From positions 32,001 to 96,000 of the forward strand of contig CAVYHE010000004.1 of NCBI GenBank assembly GCA_963768305.1: DNA of 64,000 nucleotides, written 5' to 3'. Of this stretch, positions 1 to 11,162 are shown one piece after another. The notes under the pieces were generated by a model. It did not search any database. It worked only from the letters and a program-made list of their open reading frames with translations, and was not told the origin of the DNA. Source of the DNA: an uncultured bacterium (lineage in GTDB: Bacteria; Margulisbacteria; WOR-1; CAVSGV01). How positions within the stretch are numbered: the stretch's first letter is position 1; the number at the start of each line of letters is the position of its first letter. The position numbers and the translations under genes are program-made.

Positions 1-1371
1 AGGGACGAAAAGTCGATGAGAGAATTGCATGACATCGGAGCAAGACCCAAAAAATCGGCTTTAACCGCTGATATGGCCTTCCTTCTGCCGCCGCCGGACA
101 GGGCTAAAGGGAAAAAGACGCTTGATATTGACGGCATAAAGAAATGTAAAAAACACTTGATCGCTTTTGCTATTCGCCGGTCAATTGATAACAGGTTCTC
201 ACCCATACATTATAAAGCTGTTGCGGAAGCCTGCGACCATCTGATAAAGGAGAAGGATTCACAGGTCGTATTTTTGATCTTTCAGTATCCGGATGACATA
301 GACGCCGCAGAGAAGGTAATGAGCCTGATGAAATACCCGGCCCATATCCTGCTGCGCAGGTGCGGCCCGGCCGAAATGCTGAATGTCATTTCCGCTTTTG
401 ACGGCGTTGTAGGAATGCGTTTGCACAGCCTGATATTTGCATCGATAGCCGGAGTTCCTTCATTGGGCCTGTCATATGATCCTAAGGTGGAGAGTTTTCA
501 GATATCGATCGGCGGGAACTATATCGATCTCAATCTGGCCAGTGATACCGCATTAACCAATAAGATCGATATCTTTATCGATAGCTTGAATATTCCCGCT
601 TTTAATTCTGATCAACTTGCCATTCAGGCACGGGGCAATATCTATCTGATGAATGAATGCCTGAAGGTCAATAAAATTCGGGTCCTTGGCATCGATATCG
701 ACAATATTACATTTGACGAAGCCATAAAAAAAGCCGAAGAGATATTGGCGGAAAAAGTTCCCGGATTGATCGTGACGCCGAATCCGGAGATGATAATGGC
801 GGCTCAAAAAGATATTGACCTGCGAAAAATCGTCAATTCCGCTTCTATGGCGATCCCTGACGGAGTGGGGCTGTTAGTTGCAGGTTCGCTTATCGGAAGA
901 AAGTTCAAAGCAAGGATCGCAGGAATCGACCTAATGCTGAAGCTTGTCGATATCGCAAAAGCAAAAGGCATATAAGATATTTCTTTTTGGCGGAGCAGAA
1001 GGAGTGGCTGAGAAAGCTGCTGAAGTTTTGAATATCGATCCGGCGAACACTTATCAGGGATATTCTTTGAACGATGCCGATGTGATCGCAAAGATCAAGA
1101 GAGCAAAACCGGATCTATTATTCGTTGGTCTTGGCAGCCCGAAGCAGGAAAAATGGGCTTCCAAACACTTGAAAGAGCTTAATGTGCCGCTTGCCATGTG
1201 CGTGGGCGGCAGTTTTGACGTCATTGCCGGCACGTGTCAGAAGAGCCCCGGTATTCATGCGAAAGATGGGGACTGGAATGGTTCTGGCGGCTGGTCACGG
1301 AGCCAAAAAGATGGAAACGAATGATAATGTTACCGGTATTCATAATTAAAGTTGTCCGATCAACCTTTTGA
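1..1371 (+). CDS. Polysaccharide pyruvyl transferase (CsaB-like, 5' end outside window) fused to a WecB/TagA/CpsF glycosyltransferase; indels near 970 and 1235-1270
   Basis: RDEKS...ADMAF and VGMRLHSLIFA...GLSYDPKV (CsaB family) run in frame into IVTPNPEM...PDGVG...RIAGIDL. Next frame has LFVGLGSPKQEKW...VGGSFDV (WecG/TagA). Probable stop at 1369-1371. Confidence 0.8.
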
Positions 1372-1425
1372 AAACCTCTCTGATTTAAGCTATAATCAAC
1401 TTCAAGAAGAATTAAGGAGATCGAT

Positions 1426-2445
1426 ATGGCGAAAAAGAAATATAATGTAGCTGTGCTTGGCGCGACCGGAATGGTCGGCAAAGTCATGATGCAGGTCCTG
1501 GAGGAAAGGAATTTCCCCGTAGATAGATTCCTGCCGCTCGCATCCACAAGGACAGCCGGAACAAAAGTAACGTTCAAAGGGAAAAAATATACCGTTGAAG
1601 TCGCGAAACCATCCTCTTTCGACGGCATCGATATAGGATTGTTCTCCGCCGGGGCAAAAATATCCGAGATATTCGCGCCTGAAGCCGTAAAAAGAGGCGC
1701 GATCGTCATCGACAATACCTCGTTCTTCAGGATGGACCCGAATGTCCCGCTCGTCGTGCCGGAAGTGAACGCGTATGACCTGAAATGGCATAAAGGCATA
1801 ATCGCGAACCCGAACTGCTCCACCGCGCAGATGGTCCTCATATTGAAGCCGATACACGACATCGCGAAGATCAAAAGAGTCGTCGTCTCCACTTACCAAT
1901 CAACTTCCGGCTGGGGCAAAGAAGCCGTTGAGGAGCTCTTTGTCCAGACGAAAGCCGTTCTTGCCGGCAAAAAAGCGAAGGTCAAAATATTGCCGAAGCA
2001 GATCGCTTTCAATGTCATTCCACAGATAGATTCTTTCACTTCCAACGGATACACAAAGGAAGAAATGAAGATGGTCAACGAGACGAAGAAGATAATGGGA
2101 GATCTGAACATTCAGGTGACCGCGACGACCGTGAGGGTGCCTGTTGTCATCGGCCACAGCGAAGCCGTGAATATCGAGACCGAAAGGAAATTGTCGGTCG
2201 CACAGGTCAGAGATGTCCTTTCCAAATTCCCGACCGTGAAAGTTGTGGATGCTCCCGAAAAAGGGGTTTATCCGACCGCTATCGACTGCGTCGGAAAGGA
2301 TGATACTTTCGTCGGCAGGATAAGGGAGGATATTTCCATCCCGAACGGCATAGAGCTCTGGATCGTATCCGATAATCTGCGCCGCGGAGCGGCCACCAAC
2401 GCCATCCTGATAGCGGAAGAAATGATCGAAGAAGGCCTTATTTAA
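1426..2445 (+). CDS. asd: Aspartate-semialdehyde dehydrogenase
   Basis: GATGMVG, NPNCST, STYQSTSG, RVPVVIGHSE and DNLRRGAATNA motifs; AAGGAG RBS. Confidence 0.97.
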   Translation: MAKKKYNVAVLGATGMVGKVMMQVLEERNFPVDRFLPLASTRTAGTKVTFKGKKYTVEVAKPSSFDGIDIGLFSAGAKISEIFAPEAVKRGAIVIDNTSFFRMDPNVPLVVPEVNAYDLKWHKGIIANPNCSTAQMVLILKPIHDIAKIKRVVVSTYQSTSGWGKEAVEELFVQTKAVLAGKKAKVKILPKQIAFNVIPQIDSFTSNGYTKEEMKMVNETKKIMGDLNIQVTATTVRVPVVIGHSEAVNIETERKLSVAQVRDVLSKFPTVKVVDAPEKGVYPTAIDCVGKDDTFVGRIREDISIPNGIELWIVSDNLRRGAATNAILIAEEMIEEGLI

Positions 2446-2464
2446 CCTTCTGAAAGGCAATATC

Positions 2465-3130
2465 TTGAGCGATCAGATCGCCGGAAAAGAAAAAATAGCC
2501 GAATATTTCGAAAAACTGCTTGAAAAGCACGGCGACCATTACCTCTCTCTTGACTGGAAAAGCAAGGAAAGCCAGCTCGGCAAGATTCACCGTTCTGCTT
2601 GACATGCTCGCTTATACCAGCAAAGAAGACAAATTTTCCATTCTGGATGTCGGATGCGGCATAGGGCATCTCTACGAATTCCTCGAAGTCATCGGGCATG
2701 ATAGAAAACATTCAGCATCAAATATTCCGGCATAGACATTTCGCAGAAGATGGTCGACTTCGCAAAGAAAAAATTTCCGGGAGTCGATTTCCGCCAGGTA
2801 GACCTGATAAACGATAAATTCGACAGGAAATTCGATTATGTCGTCAGCTCCGGAGCTTTCAATATCAGGATGTCGGACCTGGCATCCCATAAAGCTTCGG
2901 TCCTGCAAATGATATCCAGGATGTTCCGGCTTTCCAATTGCGGAACGGCCGTGAACTTCCTGTCCAAGTCAACTCTTTATATGATTTCGCAGGATAATGG
3001 CGATAGCTCGGACAGGTATGTTTATTATTCCGAAGAAGAGGTCATCAGTTTCGTCCGGGCCATGTGCGACAGATATGTGTTGAGGAAGGATTACCATCCG
3101 GGCGATTTTACGGTTTATATGTTAAAATAG
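2465..3130 (+). CDS. Class I SAM-dependent methyltransferase, split by two indels
   Basis: TTG start at 2465 (MSDQIAGKEKIAEYF...LDWKSKESQ); ILDVGCGIG motif I in ORF 2520; FDYVVSSGAFN in ORF 2750. Confidence 0.8.
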
Positions 3131-3137
3131 GGGACAA

Positions 3138-4154
3138 ATGAAGCGTTTAAATCTGAATCCTCTCAGAAGGATAGTGCCGCCGCTCATTTTGCTGGTGATA
3201 ATCATCCTCATTGCCGTCACCTGTTATACGCAGATAGAGCACTGGCGGCTTCTGGACGCCGTTTACATGATAGTCATCACTCTTTCCACGGTAGGGTTCA
3301 GGGAGGTCCATGAGCTATCGGATGCCGGCAGGATAATAACTATGCTTTTGATAATTTTCGGCGTCGGCACGGTGGGTTACACTGTCGGTCAGCTCATAGA
3401 AATGATGGTCGAGGGCCAAATAATCGGATACAGGAGGATGAGGAATATGGAAAAATTGATCCATGAATTGAAGAACCACTATATTATTTGCGGGTTCGGA
3501 AGGGTTGGGAAGCAGGTCGCGAAAGAATTTGACGCGGAAAAGACGCCCTATGTGGTAATAGACAGCAAGCCGGAGACAGCGGCGGAATTGGCGGAGAAAA
3601 ATATCCCTTATATCATCGGTGACATGGTCTCCGATGAGATCCTCGAGTCAGCCAGCATAATGAAAGCAAAAGGCCTTATTGCTTGCGCGGACTCTGACGC
3701 TTCCAATGTGTATGTCACGCTTTCCGCGAGAGGGATGAATCCCGGCCTGAACATTGTCGCGAGAGCTTCAACTATTCTGACCGAAGAAAAACTGAGAAGG
3801 GCCGGGGCGAACAGGGTCATCTCCCCTTATTTCATAGCGGGCAACAGGATGGCTTCCATGGTCCTGCGTCCGGTCGCCGTGGATTTTCTGGACATGATGA
3901 CGCGCGGAAAGAACGTTGAGCTGGAGATAGAGGAATACAAGATAAACAGCGGGTCAAAGATCACAGGAAAGACGCTGAGAGAGCTTCAGATAAAACAAAA
4001 AAGCGGAGCGATGATCCTCGCCATAAAGCACGAGTCTGGCAAATTCGAGTTGCAGCCCGGCGCTGCGACGATAATAGACCACGGTGATGTCGTGGTGGCG
4101 CTCGGAACGGCAAAACAGCTTGAGATATTAAGGGACATGACGGAAGGGAACTGA
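3138..4154 (+). CDS. Potassium channel protein (2TM pore, TrkA-N and TrkA-C RCK domains)
   Basis: TLSTVGFRE pore filter; HYIICGFGRVG Rossmann motif; C-terminal TrkA-C. Confidence 0.93.
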   Translation: MKRLNLNPLRRIVPPLILLVIIILIAVTCYTQIEHWRLLDAVYMIVITLSTVGFREVHELSDAGRIITMLLIIFGVGTVGYTVGQLIEMMVEGQIIGYRRMRNMEKLIHELKNHYIICGFGRVGKQVAKEFDAEKTPYVVIDSKPETAAELAEKNIPYIIGDMVSDEILESASIMKAKGLIACADSDASNVYVTLSARGMNPGLNIVARASTILTEEKLRRAGANRVISPYFIAGNRMASMVLRPVAVDFLDMMTRGKNVELEIEEYKINSGSKITGKTLRELQIKQKSGAMILAIKHESGKFELQPGAATIIDHGDVVVALGTAKQLEILRDMTEGN

Positions 4155-4166
4155 TCGGAGGCAATT

Positions 4167-4775
4167 ATGTTCGACGGGATAAAAGTAGTTTTTGAAAAGG
4201 ACCCGGCCGCGGGTAATATTTTTGAAGTGCTCTTATATCAGGGACTTTGGGCCCTTTGGCTCCATAACATTGCACACGCTTTATTTAAGATCAAGATACC
4301 GTTCATTCCGCGATTGATCTCTCAGATAAGCAGGATATTGACGCTTATCGAGATCCATCCGGGGGCGACCATCGGCAAAAGATGCTTCATAGACCATGGC
4401 GTCGGCATTGTCATAGGAGAGACCGCTGTTGTCGGCGATGATGTTACTATATATCAAGGGGTCACATTGGGCGGCACCGGCGGGGAAAGAGGGAAACGGC
4501 ATCCTACCATCGGCAACAACGTCGTTATCGGTGCGGATGCGATCATCCTTGGAAACATCATGGTCCACGACAACGCAAGGATCGGCGCCGGCGCCGTCGT
4601 CACTAAGTCAGTTCCCGCTAATTCAACTGTCGTGGGGAACCCGGCGAGGATAGTTATGCTTGAAGGCAGGAAAGTTGATCCTCTTGCCCATGGGGAGCTT
4701 CCTGACCCGGTCGGCAAGGCCCTGGACGAGATGAACCAGCGGATCGCGAAACTGGAATCGATGCTGAAGAAATAG
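4167..4775 (+). CDS. cysE: Serine O-acetyltransferase
   Basis: DPAA, EIHPGATIG...FIDHG, GKRHPTIG hexapeptide repeats. Confidence 0.95.
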   Translation: MFDGIKVVFEKDPAAGNIFEVLLYQGLWALWLHNIAHALFKIKIPFIPRLISQISRILTLIEIHPGATIGKRCFIDHGVGIVIGETAVVGDDVTIYQGVTLGGTGGERGKRHPTIGNNVVIGADAIILGNIMVHDNARIGAGAVVTKSVPANSTVVGNPARIVMLEGRKVDPLAHGELPDPVGKALDEMNQRIAKLESMLKK

Positions 4776-4790
4776 CTGCCGGTTAAAAGC

Positions 4791-6179
4791 ATGCCGTTAA
4801 AAATATACAACACTATAACCAGGGACCATCAAATATTCGAGCCGATAAATCCTCCGAACGTCAGCATGTATGTTTGCGGGGTCACTCCTTATGACGAAAC
4901 CCATCTTGGACACGGAAGGGCTTATGTCGTATTTGACGTCATAAACCGGTATCTCAGATTTTCCGGATTCAATGTCAGGTATATCCAGAATATCACCGAC
5001 ATCGATGACAAGATAATCAAGCGGGCTAATGAGCTGGGAATATCGATAAACGAATTAACGAAAAAATACATTGATAGTTATTACGGTGTAATGAACCAAC
5101 TGAACGTCAAAAAAGCCGATAGATATCCGAGAGCCACGGAAAATATCAAAGAAATGATCGCCGTGATCGAAAGCCTCGTAAAAAATGGATATGCCTATGT
5201 GATCGACGGGGATGTCTATTTTGAAGTTGCCAAGTTCAAGGATTACGGAAAGCTTTCAAAAAGAAAGCTAGACGACATGAAGGAAGGCGCGCGGGTCGCG
5301 GTGGATGAGAGGAAAAAGAGTCCGCTAGATTTCGCGCTCTGGAAAGCCGCGAAACCGGACGAGCCATTCTGGCCGTCGCCCTGGGGCAGCGGAAGGCCGG
5401 GCTGGCACATAGAATGCTCTGTGATGTCGCTTAAGGAAGCGGGAGTTGAGACGCTGGACATCCACGGCGGAGGGCTGGACCTTATATTCCCGCATCATGA
5501 AAATGAGGTAGCCCAGGCTGAAAGTTTTACCGGAAAGCCATTTTCGAAATACTGGATACACAACGGATTTGTCACGGTCAATCACGAAAAAATGTCAAAG
5601 TCGCTGGGCAATTTCTTCACTTTAAAGGACATCTTCGCCAAATATGATCCCATGCTTGTGAGGTTCTATCTTCTGTCGACCCATTATCGAAGTCCGATCA
5701 ATTTTTCAGACAAGGAACTAGAGGGGGCCAAAGGCGGGCTTATGAGGATAGCGAACGCCCTTGGCATCGTGCGCGAGAACGCTTCATGCTCGATCAAGGA
5801 GACGACCGACCAGCGGCTTGTGCCGATCAAGAACAGTTTCATTAAGGCGATGGACAATGATTTTAACACTGCCGAAGCGCTAAGCTCGGTTTTTAAGCTT
5901 TGCGATATTATATTTGAGTTCAAGGACGGCAATGTCCCGGACGGCGTCTGGCAGCAGGCGGTCGGCCTTTTTGAGGTCCTTGTCGTGGATATTCTGGGTA
6001 TCAACGTCCAGTTCAGCAAATTGCCAAAAGAGATCGACAGCCTTATCAATGACATGAAAGCCGCCAGGGAAAAGAAAGATTACGGAAAGTCCGATGCTAT
6101 TAAAGCAGAAATCCAGAAAAAAGGTTATCTTGTCGAAATAACGAAAGCGAACGAGATCAAAGTCAGAAAAAGGATATGA
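4791..6179 (+). CDS. cysS: Cysteine--tRNA ligase
   Basis: [31 protein letters not shown]. Confidence 0.98.
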   Translation: MPLKIYNTITRDHQIFEPINPPNVSMYVCGVTPYDETHLGHGRAYVVFDVINRYLRFSGFNVRYIQNITDIDDKIIKRANELGISINELTKKYIDSYYGVMNQLNVKKADRYPRATENIKEMIAVIESLVKNGYAYVIDGDVYFEVAKFKDYGKLSKRKLDDMKEGARVAVDERKKSPLDFALWKAAKPDEPFWPSPWGSGRPGWHIECSVMSLKEAGVETLDIHGGGLDLIFPHHENEVAQAESFTGKPFSKYWIHNGFVTVNHEKMSKSLGNFFTLKDIFAKYDPMLVRFYLLSTHYRSPINFSDKELEGAKGGLMRIANALGIVRENASCSIKETTDQRLVPIKNSFIKAMDNDFNTAEALSSVFKLCDIIFEFKDGNVPDGVWQQAVGLFEVLVVDILGINVQFSKLPKEIDSLINDMKAAREKKDYGKSDAIKAEIQKKGYLVEITKANEIKVRKRI

Positions 6180-6193
6180 TATAATCAATCCCG

Positions 6194-7468
6194 ATGCTGG
6201 ACGCGAAACTTTTACGAGAAAATCCCGATAAGGTCCGCAAAGCCCTTTCAGACAGAGGAGCGGATACCCTGCTTATTGATAAATTCCTCAAGTCCGACGA
6301 AGCCTGGCGAAAAGCGACTACTGAGATCGACAAGCTTAAAGCCGATCGAAATGCCAAGTCACAGGAGATCCCGAAACTTAAAGCCGCCAAAAAGGACACT
6401 AACGGCCTCATGTCCGAGCTGAAAGGACTTTCCGACGGGATCGCGGCAAAGGAAGAAAAGCTTAAGGAAATTGAAAAAGAGCTGAACGCTTTCGCGTATT
6501 TTATCCCGAATATCCCGCATGAAAGCGTCCCTAAAGGGAAGGATTCTTCCAAGAATGCCGAGATCAGGAAATGGGGCACGGTCAGAAAATTCAGCTTTAA
6601 ACCGAAGCCGCACGATGAGCTTGGCGAGAAACTCGGGATAATTAGCGCTGCTCAGGGCGCGAAGATTGCGGGATCGAGATTTACCGTTTACAAAGGCCTT
6701 GGAGCGAAGCTGGAATGGGCGCTCATCAATTTCATGCGCGATGTCCAAACAGATGAGAACGGATATACGGAAGTTATCCCTCCATTCCTGACCACGGCTG
6801 ACTGTGCGTTCGGAACCGGACAACTACCGAAGTTCGAGGAAGACCTTTATAAATGCAGCGACGGCCTTTACTTGGCTCCCACAGCCGAAGTTCCCGTGAC
6901 CAATATTCACCGCGACGAAATACTCTCGGATGACCGGCTGCCGATCAAATATGCCGCGTATACGCCGTGCTTCAGGCGCGAAGCAGGAAGCTACGGAAAG
7001 GACGTTAAAGGGCTTATCCGTCAGCATCAGTTCAATAAGGTGGAGCTTGTGAAATTTGTTGAGCCGTCCGATTCGTATAACGAACTGGAAAGCTTGACCG
7101 CCGATGCAGAGTCGATACTTCAGAAGCTGAATTTGCCGTACAGGGTGGTTGTACTTTGCACTGGCGACCTCGGATTTTCCGCGGCTAAAACGTACGATAT
7201 TGAGGTCTGGTTCCCGTCGGAGAACAGGTACCGCGAAATATCTTCCTGCTCGAATTTCGAGGATTTCCAGGCAAGAAGGGCGAACATCAAGTTCAGGAAA
7301 GATCCCGCGTCAAAACCCGAATTCATCCATACATTGAACGGGTCAGGTCTGGCTGTGGGAAGAACTTTCGCCGCTATTCTTGAGAATTATCAGGAAGCCG
7401 ACGGAAGCATTACACTCCCTGAAGTTTTAGCCGATTATTTAGGCGGTATCACTAAGATCAAAGTTTAA
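6194..7468 (+). CDS. serS: Serine--tRNA ligase
   Basis: N-terminal coiled coil, [31 protein letters not shown]. Confidence 0.98.
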   Translation: MLDAKLLRENPDKVRKALSDRGADTLLIDKFLKSDEAWRKATTEIDKLKADRNAKSQEIPKLKAAKKDTNGLMSELKGLSDGIAAKEEKLKEIEKELNAFAYFIPNIPHESVPKGKDSSKNAEIRKWGTVRKFSFKPKPHDELGEKLGIISAAQGAKIAGSRFTVYKGLGAKLEWALINFMRDVQTDENGYTEVIPPFLTTADCAFGTGQLPKFEEDLYKCSDGLYLAPTAEVPVTNIHRDEILSDDRLPIKYAAYTPCFRREAGSYGKDVKGLIRQHQFNKVELVKFVEPSDSYNELESLTADAESILQKLNLPYRVVVLCTGDLGFSAAKTYDIEVWFPSENRYREISSCSNFEDFQARRANIKFRKDPASKPEFIHTLNGSGLAVGRTFAAILENYQEADGSITLPEVLADYLGGITKIKV

Positions 7469-7496
7469 GGAAATTCCCCAAAAGCTTTTTCCTTCG
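7458..7496 (-). repeat. Displaced second copy of the 3' end of trpG ([10 protein letters not shown]), direct repeat of 8197-8236
   Basis: tcaaagtttaaggaaattccccaaaagcttttt versus ttagagcttaaggaaattccccagaagtttttt; 5 differences in 33 nt, all synonymous in the trpG frame. Confidence 0.85.
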
Positions 7497-7556
7497 ATAT
7501 TAATTGTTCAATCCCGCTTTGGATAGCCCAGATTCATTCCATAAATAGTTTCAAAA

Positions 7557-7587
7557 AAGTGAAATTTTCGGGGAAATGTGTCGATAA
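7557..7587 (+). promoter_or_regulatory. Sigma-28-type promoter AAGTGAAA-N15-GTCGATAA
   Basis: Matches the FliA consensus TAAA-N15-GCCGATAA spacing; same motif at 55045-55075 and 59426-59456. Confidence 0.7.
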
Positions 7588-7634
7588 ATCGATAGTTGAA
7601 AGTAGCCCAATGGGCATACAGGAGGATAATGAAG

Positions 7635-8192
7635 ATGGCGACACCAGTTGATTCGGCAACATACAAAAACAGGGTTTCTCTGGTTTCAAATTCAATGAAA
7701 GGGAATAAAGATATATCAGAGCTGGGAAAATTGCTTGGCGAAGAGTTCAAGTTAAGTTATCTGCCCGGCTCTTATTATGGGCACATGGAAATGAAAGATA
7801 ATGGCAATGCATTTGATCTGCAATTTGGGGCGGAAAAATATGGACTTTTGACGGGGAAGGTGTTTTCCAGCGATAGCGGAAAAATAAAATGGATCTTGAC
7901 TGGCAGCCGCATATTTAATGGAAGCGGTGAACATTCGGCATCAATTAACTGGGAAAACGGTAACGTCTATGTCCGTAACGGGAATATTATAGGCAAATTC
8001 ACTAAAAACTGGGCGCCGTCCGGCTCCATTGAAACTTACAATTTACAGGACATCGGTGGCAAGTTTTACCGTGTGTATTCATGGGACGACATTGAGGATG
8101 TTAATTTACTTGTAAATGATGCGGGGAAGATCCAGTATATTTTGCCGAAAGATTTCATTACAAAAAACAATAAGCCCGACAGTTTAAAGTGA
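7635..8192 (+). CDS. Hypothetical beta-rich protein (orphan, AT-rich)
   Basis: GGAGG RBS at 7621-7625 then ATG (7629 or 7635); intact ORF with no recognisable motif. Confidence 0.7.
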   Translation: MATPVDSATYKNRVSLVSNSMKGNKDISELGKLLGEEFKLSYLPGSYYGHMEMKDNGNAFDLQFGAEKYGLLTGKVFSSDSGKIKWILTGSRIFNGSGEHSASINWENGNVYVRNGNIIGKFTKNWAPSGSIETYNLQDIGGKFYRVYSWDDIEDVNLLVNDAGKIQYILPKDFITKNNKPDSLK

Positions 8193-8196
8193 TTTT

Positions 8197-8760
8197 TTAG
8201 AGCTTAAGGAAATTCCCCAGAAGTTTTTTCCCCTCGGTCGTCAGTATCGATTCCGGGTGGAACTGGATCCCTTCAACCTTGAATTCCCTGTGCCTCACGC
8301 CCATTATTTCATCCTTGTCCGTCCACGCGCTTATTTCCAGGCATTCCGGCAGGCTGGACCTTTCGATGAGAAGTGAATGATAGCGTGTCGCGGTGAAAGG
8401 ATTTGAAAGCCCATCATATATCGTTTTCCCGTCGTGATGTATCTGCGAGGTCTTTCCATGCATGAAGCGCGTTGCCTGGACTATCTTTCCGCCGAAAGCT
8501 TCACCTATTGCCTGATGTCCGAGGCAGACACCGAGGATCGGGACTTTTCCGGCGAATTCTTTGATGACATCAATGCTGATCCCCGCATCCTTAGGATATC
8601 CAGGTCCCGGTGATATCAATATTTTCTCAGGGTTAAGTTTTTTTATTTCGTCGATGGTGATTTTGTCGTTCCGGTAAACCTGCAAGTCGGCGCCAAGCTC
8701 GCCAAGGTACTGAACGAGATTGTACGTGAATGAATCATAATTATCTATGACGAGCAACAT
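8197..8760 (-). CDS. trpG: Anthranilate/aminodeoxychorismate synthase component II (glutamine amidotransferase, TrpG/PabA)
   Basis: [36 protein letters not shown]. Confidence 0.93.
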   Translation of the reverse strand: MLLVIDNYDSFTYNLVQYLGELGADLQVYRNDKITIDEIKKLNPEKILISPGPGYPKDAGISIDVIKEFAGKVPILGVCLGHQAIGEAFGGKIVQATRFMHGKTSQIHHDGKTIYDGLSNPFTATRYHSLLIERSSLPECLEISAWTDKDEIMGVRHREFKVEGIQFHPESILTTEGKKLLGNFLKL

Positions 8761-8850
8761 GGGAAAATTATATCAAAGAAACGCGATTAATAGAAGGATA
8801 GCATAATCTACTTTTTTATTGCGTTAAATTAAAGTATAATGCGGAAGTTT

Positions 8851-9636
8851 ATGTCAGACACGAGCGATAATTTGGATGTGACCATCCTTCTGCCCTGCTA
8901 CAACGAAGAAGAAGCATTGCCGAGCGTTATCCGTGAGATCCGGGCGGCAATGAACGGGACGCAGTATTCCTATGAGATCCTTGTGAGCGATGACTGCAGC
9001 ACTGATAGCAGCGTTGCTTTGGCGGAAAGTATGGGCTGCCGCGTTATCCGTTCTTCTTTAAGTTCCAGGGGGGGGTCCGGAAGGGCCCGCAAGAACGGCG
9101 TCATTCAGGCGAAAGGCGGGATCGTAGTGATGCTGGATGCTGACGGAACATACAGCGCATCGGACATCCCTGAAATGCTGAAGTATTTCCCTGAATATGA
9201 ACAGGTCAACGGTGCGCGCACGAGTGAAAAAGGCGAGCTTTCTCTTTTGCGGGCTACAGTGAAATGGTTCATTAGAATGCTGGCCAGCTTATTATCGGGT
9301 AAAAAGATACCCGACCTCAATACCGGGCTTAAAGCGTTCAGAAGAGATACGATGCTCCAGTATTTATGGGCCATACCGGACGGGTTTTCATGCGTTTCTT
9401 CCATGACGCTCGCATATCTCTGCAGCGGCCGGTCGGTAAAATACATCCCCACCGAAAGCCGTAAACGCATCGGCAATTCCAAGTTCCGGCCTTTTCATGA
9501 CACTGTCAGCTACATCGCAACGGTTGTCCGGCTGGTATTTTATTTCGCTCCGTTAAAAGGGAAGCTTGCTTCTATCAGGGACAGGAAGATATCAAGGCTT
9601 AAATCTCAGAATGAACATGAATATAAAAAAATATAA
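8851..9636 (+). CDS. GT2 glycosyltransferase, polyprenol-phosphate sugar synthase (DPM1/GtrB-like)
   Basis: LLPCYNEE, DDCSTD, MLDADGTY (DxD), DLNTGLKAFRR. Confidence 0.9.
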   Translation: MSDTSDNLDVTILLPCYNEEEALPSVIREIRAAMNGTQYSYEILVSDDCSTDSSVALAESMGCRVIRSSLSSRGGSGRARKNGVIQAKGGIVVMLDADGTYSASDIPEMLKYFPEYEQVNGARTSEKGELSLLRATVKWFIRMLASLLSGKKIPDLNTGLKAFRRDTMLQYLWAIPDGFSCVSSMTLAYLCSGRSVKYIPTESRKRIGNSKFRPFHDTVSYIATVVRLVFYFAPLKGKLASIRDRKISRLKSQNEHEYKKI

Positions 9637-11110
9637 AAAACGTTTCATACTCGGACTGCTACTTATTGCCGTCTTTTCGGTCCTGTCGTTCGTTTCCTTG
9701 CATATCTTTGGCGCTTATCCTTTCAGCATGGACGAGTACAATTATCTTTATCAGGCGCAGATATTCGCAACGGGACACACATTTATCCATGCCAGCGAAA
9801 AGCTCCATGATCTTTTTGAATTATACATGGTCTATGATAACGGCAAGCTTTTTACAAAGTATCCGCCGGGGATGTCACTTCTGCTGCTGCCGGGGGTCAA
9901 GCTTGGGGTGCCGGCATTAATCAATCCGTTGATCTCTGTCATTTCCCTGATATTTATTTATCTGCTTTGCGCGGAATTTGCAGGCAGCTTCATCGCCTTT
10001 TTAACCGCCGTGCTGATCGCCTGCAATGTATATTTTATCGGATACAGCGCGAGTTTCTTTGCTCAGCCTGCATCGATGTGCCTTACGTGTATCGCATTGT
10101 ATTGCTATGTGCGATTCAGGAGAACGGGGCGGGAGCATTTCCTTTTATACGCGATGTCGGCCATTGCTTTCAACTTTTTGGTCCGTCCATTGGATGCCTT
10201 TTGCCTATGGGCGGTCATGGGGATGATTATCATCATAAGGAACGAGATGAGAGAGAGAAGTTTCCTTTACGGTCTTTTGCCCGCAGCCGGGCTGTTGATC
10301 CTTATCGGATATAATCACCACCTTGCCGGCCATTGGAGCATTGCGCCGTATTCTGTTACGGGTCTTGTCACGCCTTATGGGACAATAGTTGATTTTCAGT
10401 TGTTTTATGGGAATAACTGGACATTCTTTGGCACCATTGTGGGTTTGATAAATGGTGTTTTAAGCAATTTAATAATTGTTTTTCCGCTTTTGTTGTTCAC
10501 ATATTTTCTGCCTTTGATAGTCTGCTGGCTTCCGTTCATCTTGCTTGGCCTTACCGGCATAAGATCGGACCGGACGGAATTCCGTGATTTTTGCGGGATA
10601 TCACTGGCTTACATGATCTTATTCATTATTTTGTATGCTTTTCATCCTACCATCCGTTCGAACCAGGGCGGATGGCCTCAATACGGGGCAAGGTACTGGT
10701 ATCCTTTTATTGTCCCCATGACGGGCCTGATCGCCTGGGGCATAAAGATCCTTTATGACAGGGTTGCACGCCGTTATTTCTGGATCATCATCGGCGCTTG
10801 CTTGATCGTTCAATTTGCTCAGGCTGTTTATTTTCTGGATATTTATTCCCTGCGTTTCCAGGTAATGCACCAGGTCCGGGCTGATATCATTTCCCGCTGT
10901 CCGTCGAAGTCCATTATTGTCCTTAATGACCCGAACTATTGGGACAACGTGGCACCTCCTTTCACTGTATGGCTGGATCTAAAAAGGAATCCGTTCCTTA
11001 ACGGTGACCGGCTCTATTTGATCCGTCCATCGGACCTGGATGCGGTAAAAGCCGCTTATCCGGATTATGCCGTCCGCCAATATCATTTTCCGTGGCCTTA
11101 TAATTATTGA
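9611..11110 (+). CDS. Multi-pass membrane GT-C fold glycosyltransferase (ArnT/PMT-like), copy 1
   Basis: DEYNYLYQAQIF after TM1, KYPPG, YGARYW; many TM segments; follows a GT2 donor synthase. Confidence 0.78.
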   Translation: MNMNIKKYKKRFILGLLLIAVFSVLSFVSLHIFGAYPFSMDEYNYLYQAQIFATGHTFIHASEKLHDLFELYMVYDNGKLFTKYPPGMSLLLLPGVKLGVPALINPLISVISLIFIYLLCAEFAGSFIAFLTAVLIACNVYFIGYSASFFAQPASMCLTCIALYCYVRFRRTGREHFLLYAMSAIAFNFLVRPLDAFCLWAVMGMIIIIRNEMRERSFLYGLLPAAGLLILIGYNHHLAGHWSIAPYSVTGLVTPYGTIVDFQLFYGNNWTFFGTIVGLINGVLSNLIIVFPLLLFTYFLPLIVCWLPFILLGLTGIRSDRTEFRDFCGISLAYMILFIILYAFHPTIRSNQGGWPQYGARYWYPFIVPMTGLIAWGIKILYDRVARRYFWIIIGACLIVQFAQAVYFLDIYSLRFQVMHQVRADIISRCPSKSIIVLNDPNYWDNVAPPFTVWLDLKRNPFLNGDRLYLIRPSDLDAVKAAYPDYAVRQYHFPWPYNY

Positions 11111-11162
11111 TCTTTTTCCGCTGCCTTGAGGGCTTCGCCGAATTCTGATAGAATCAGGCGAC

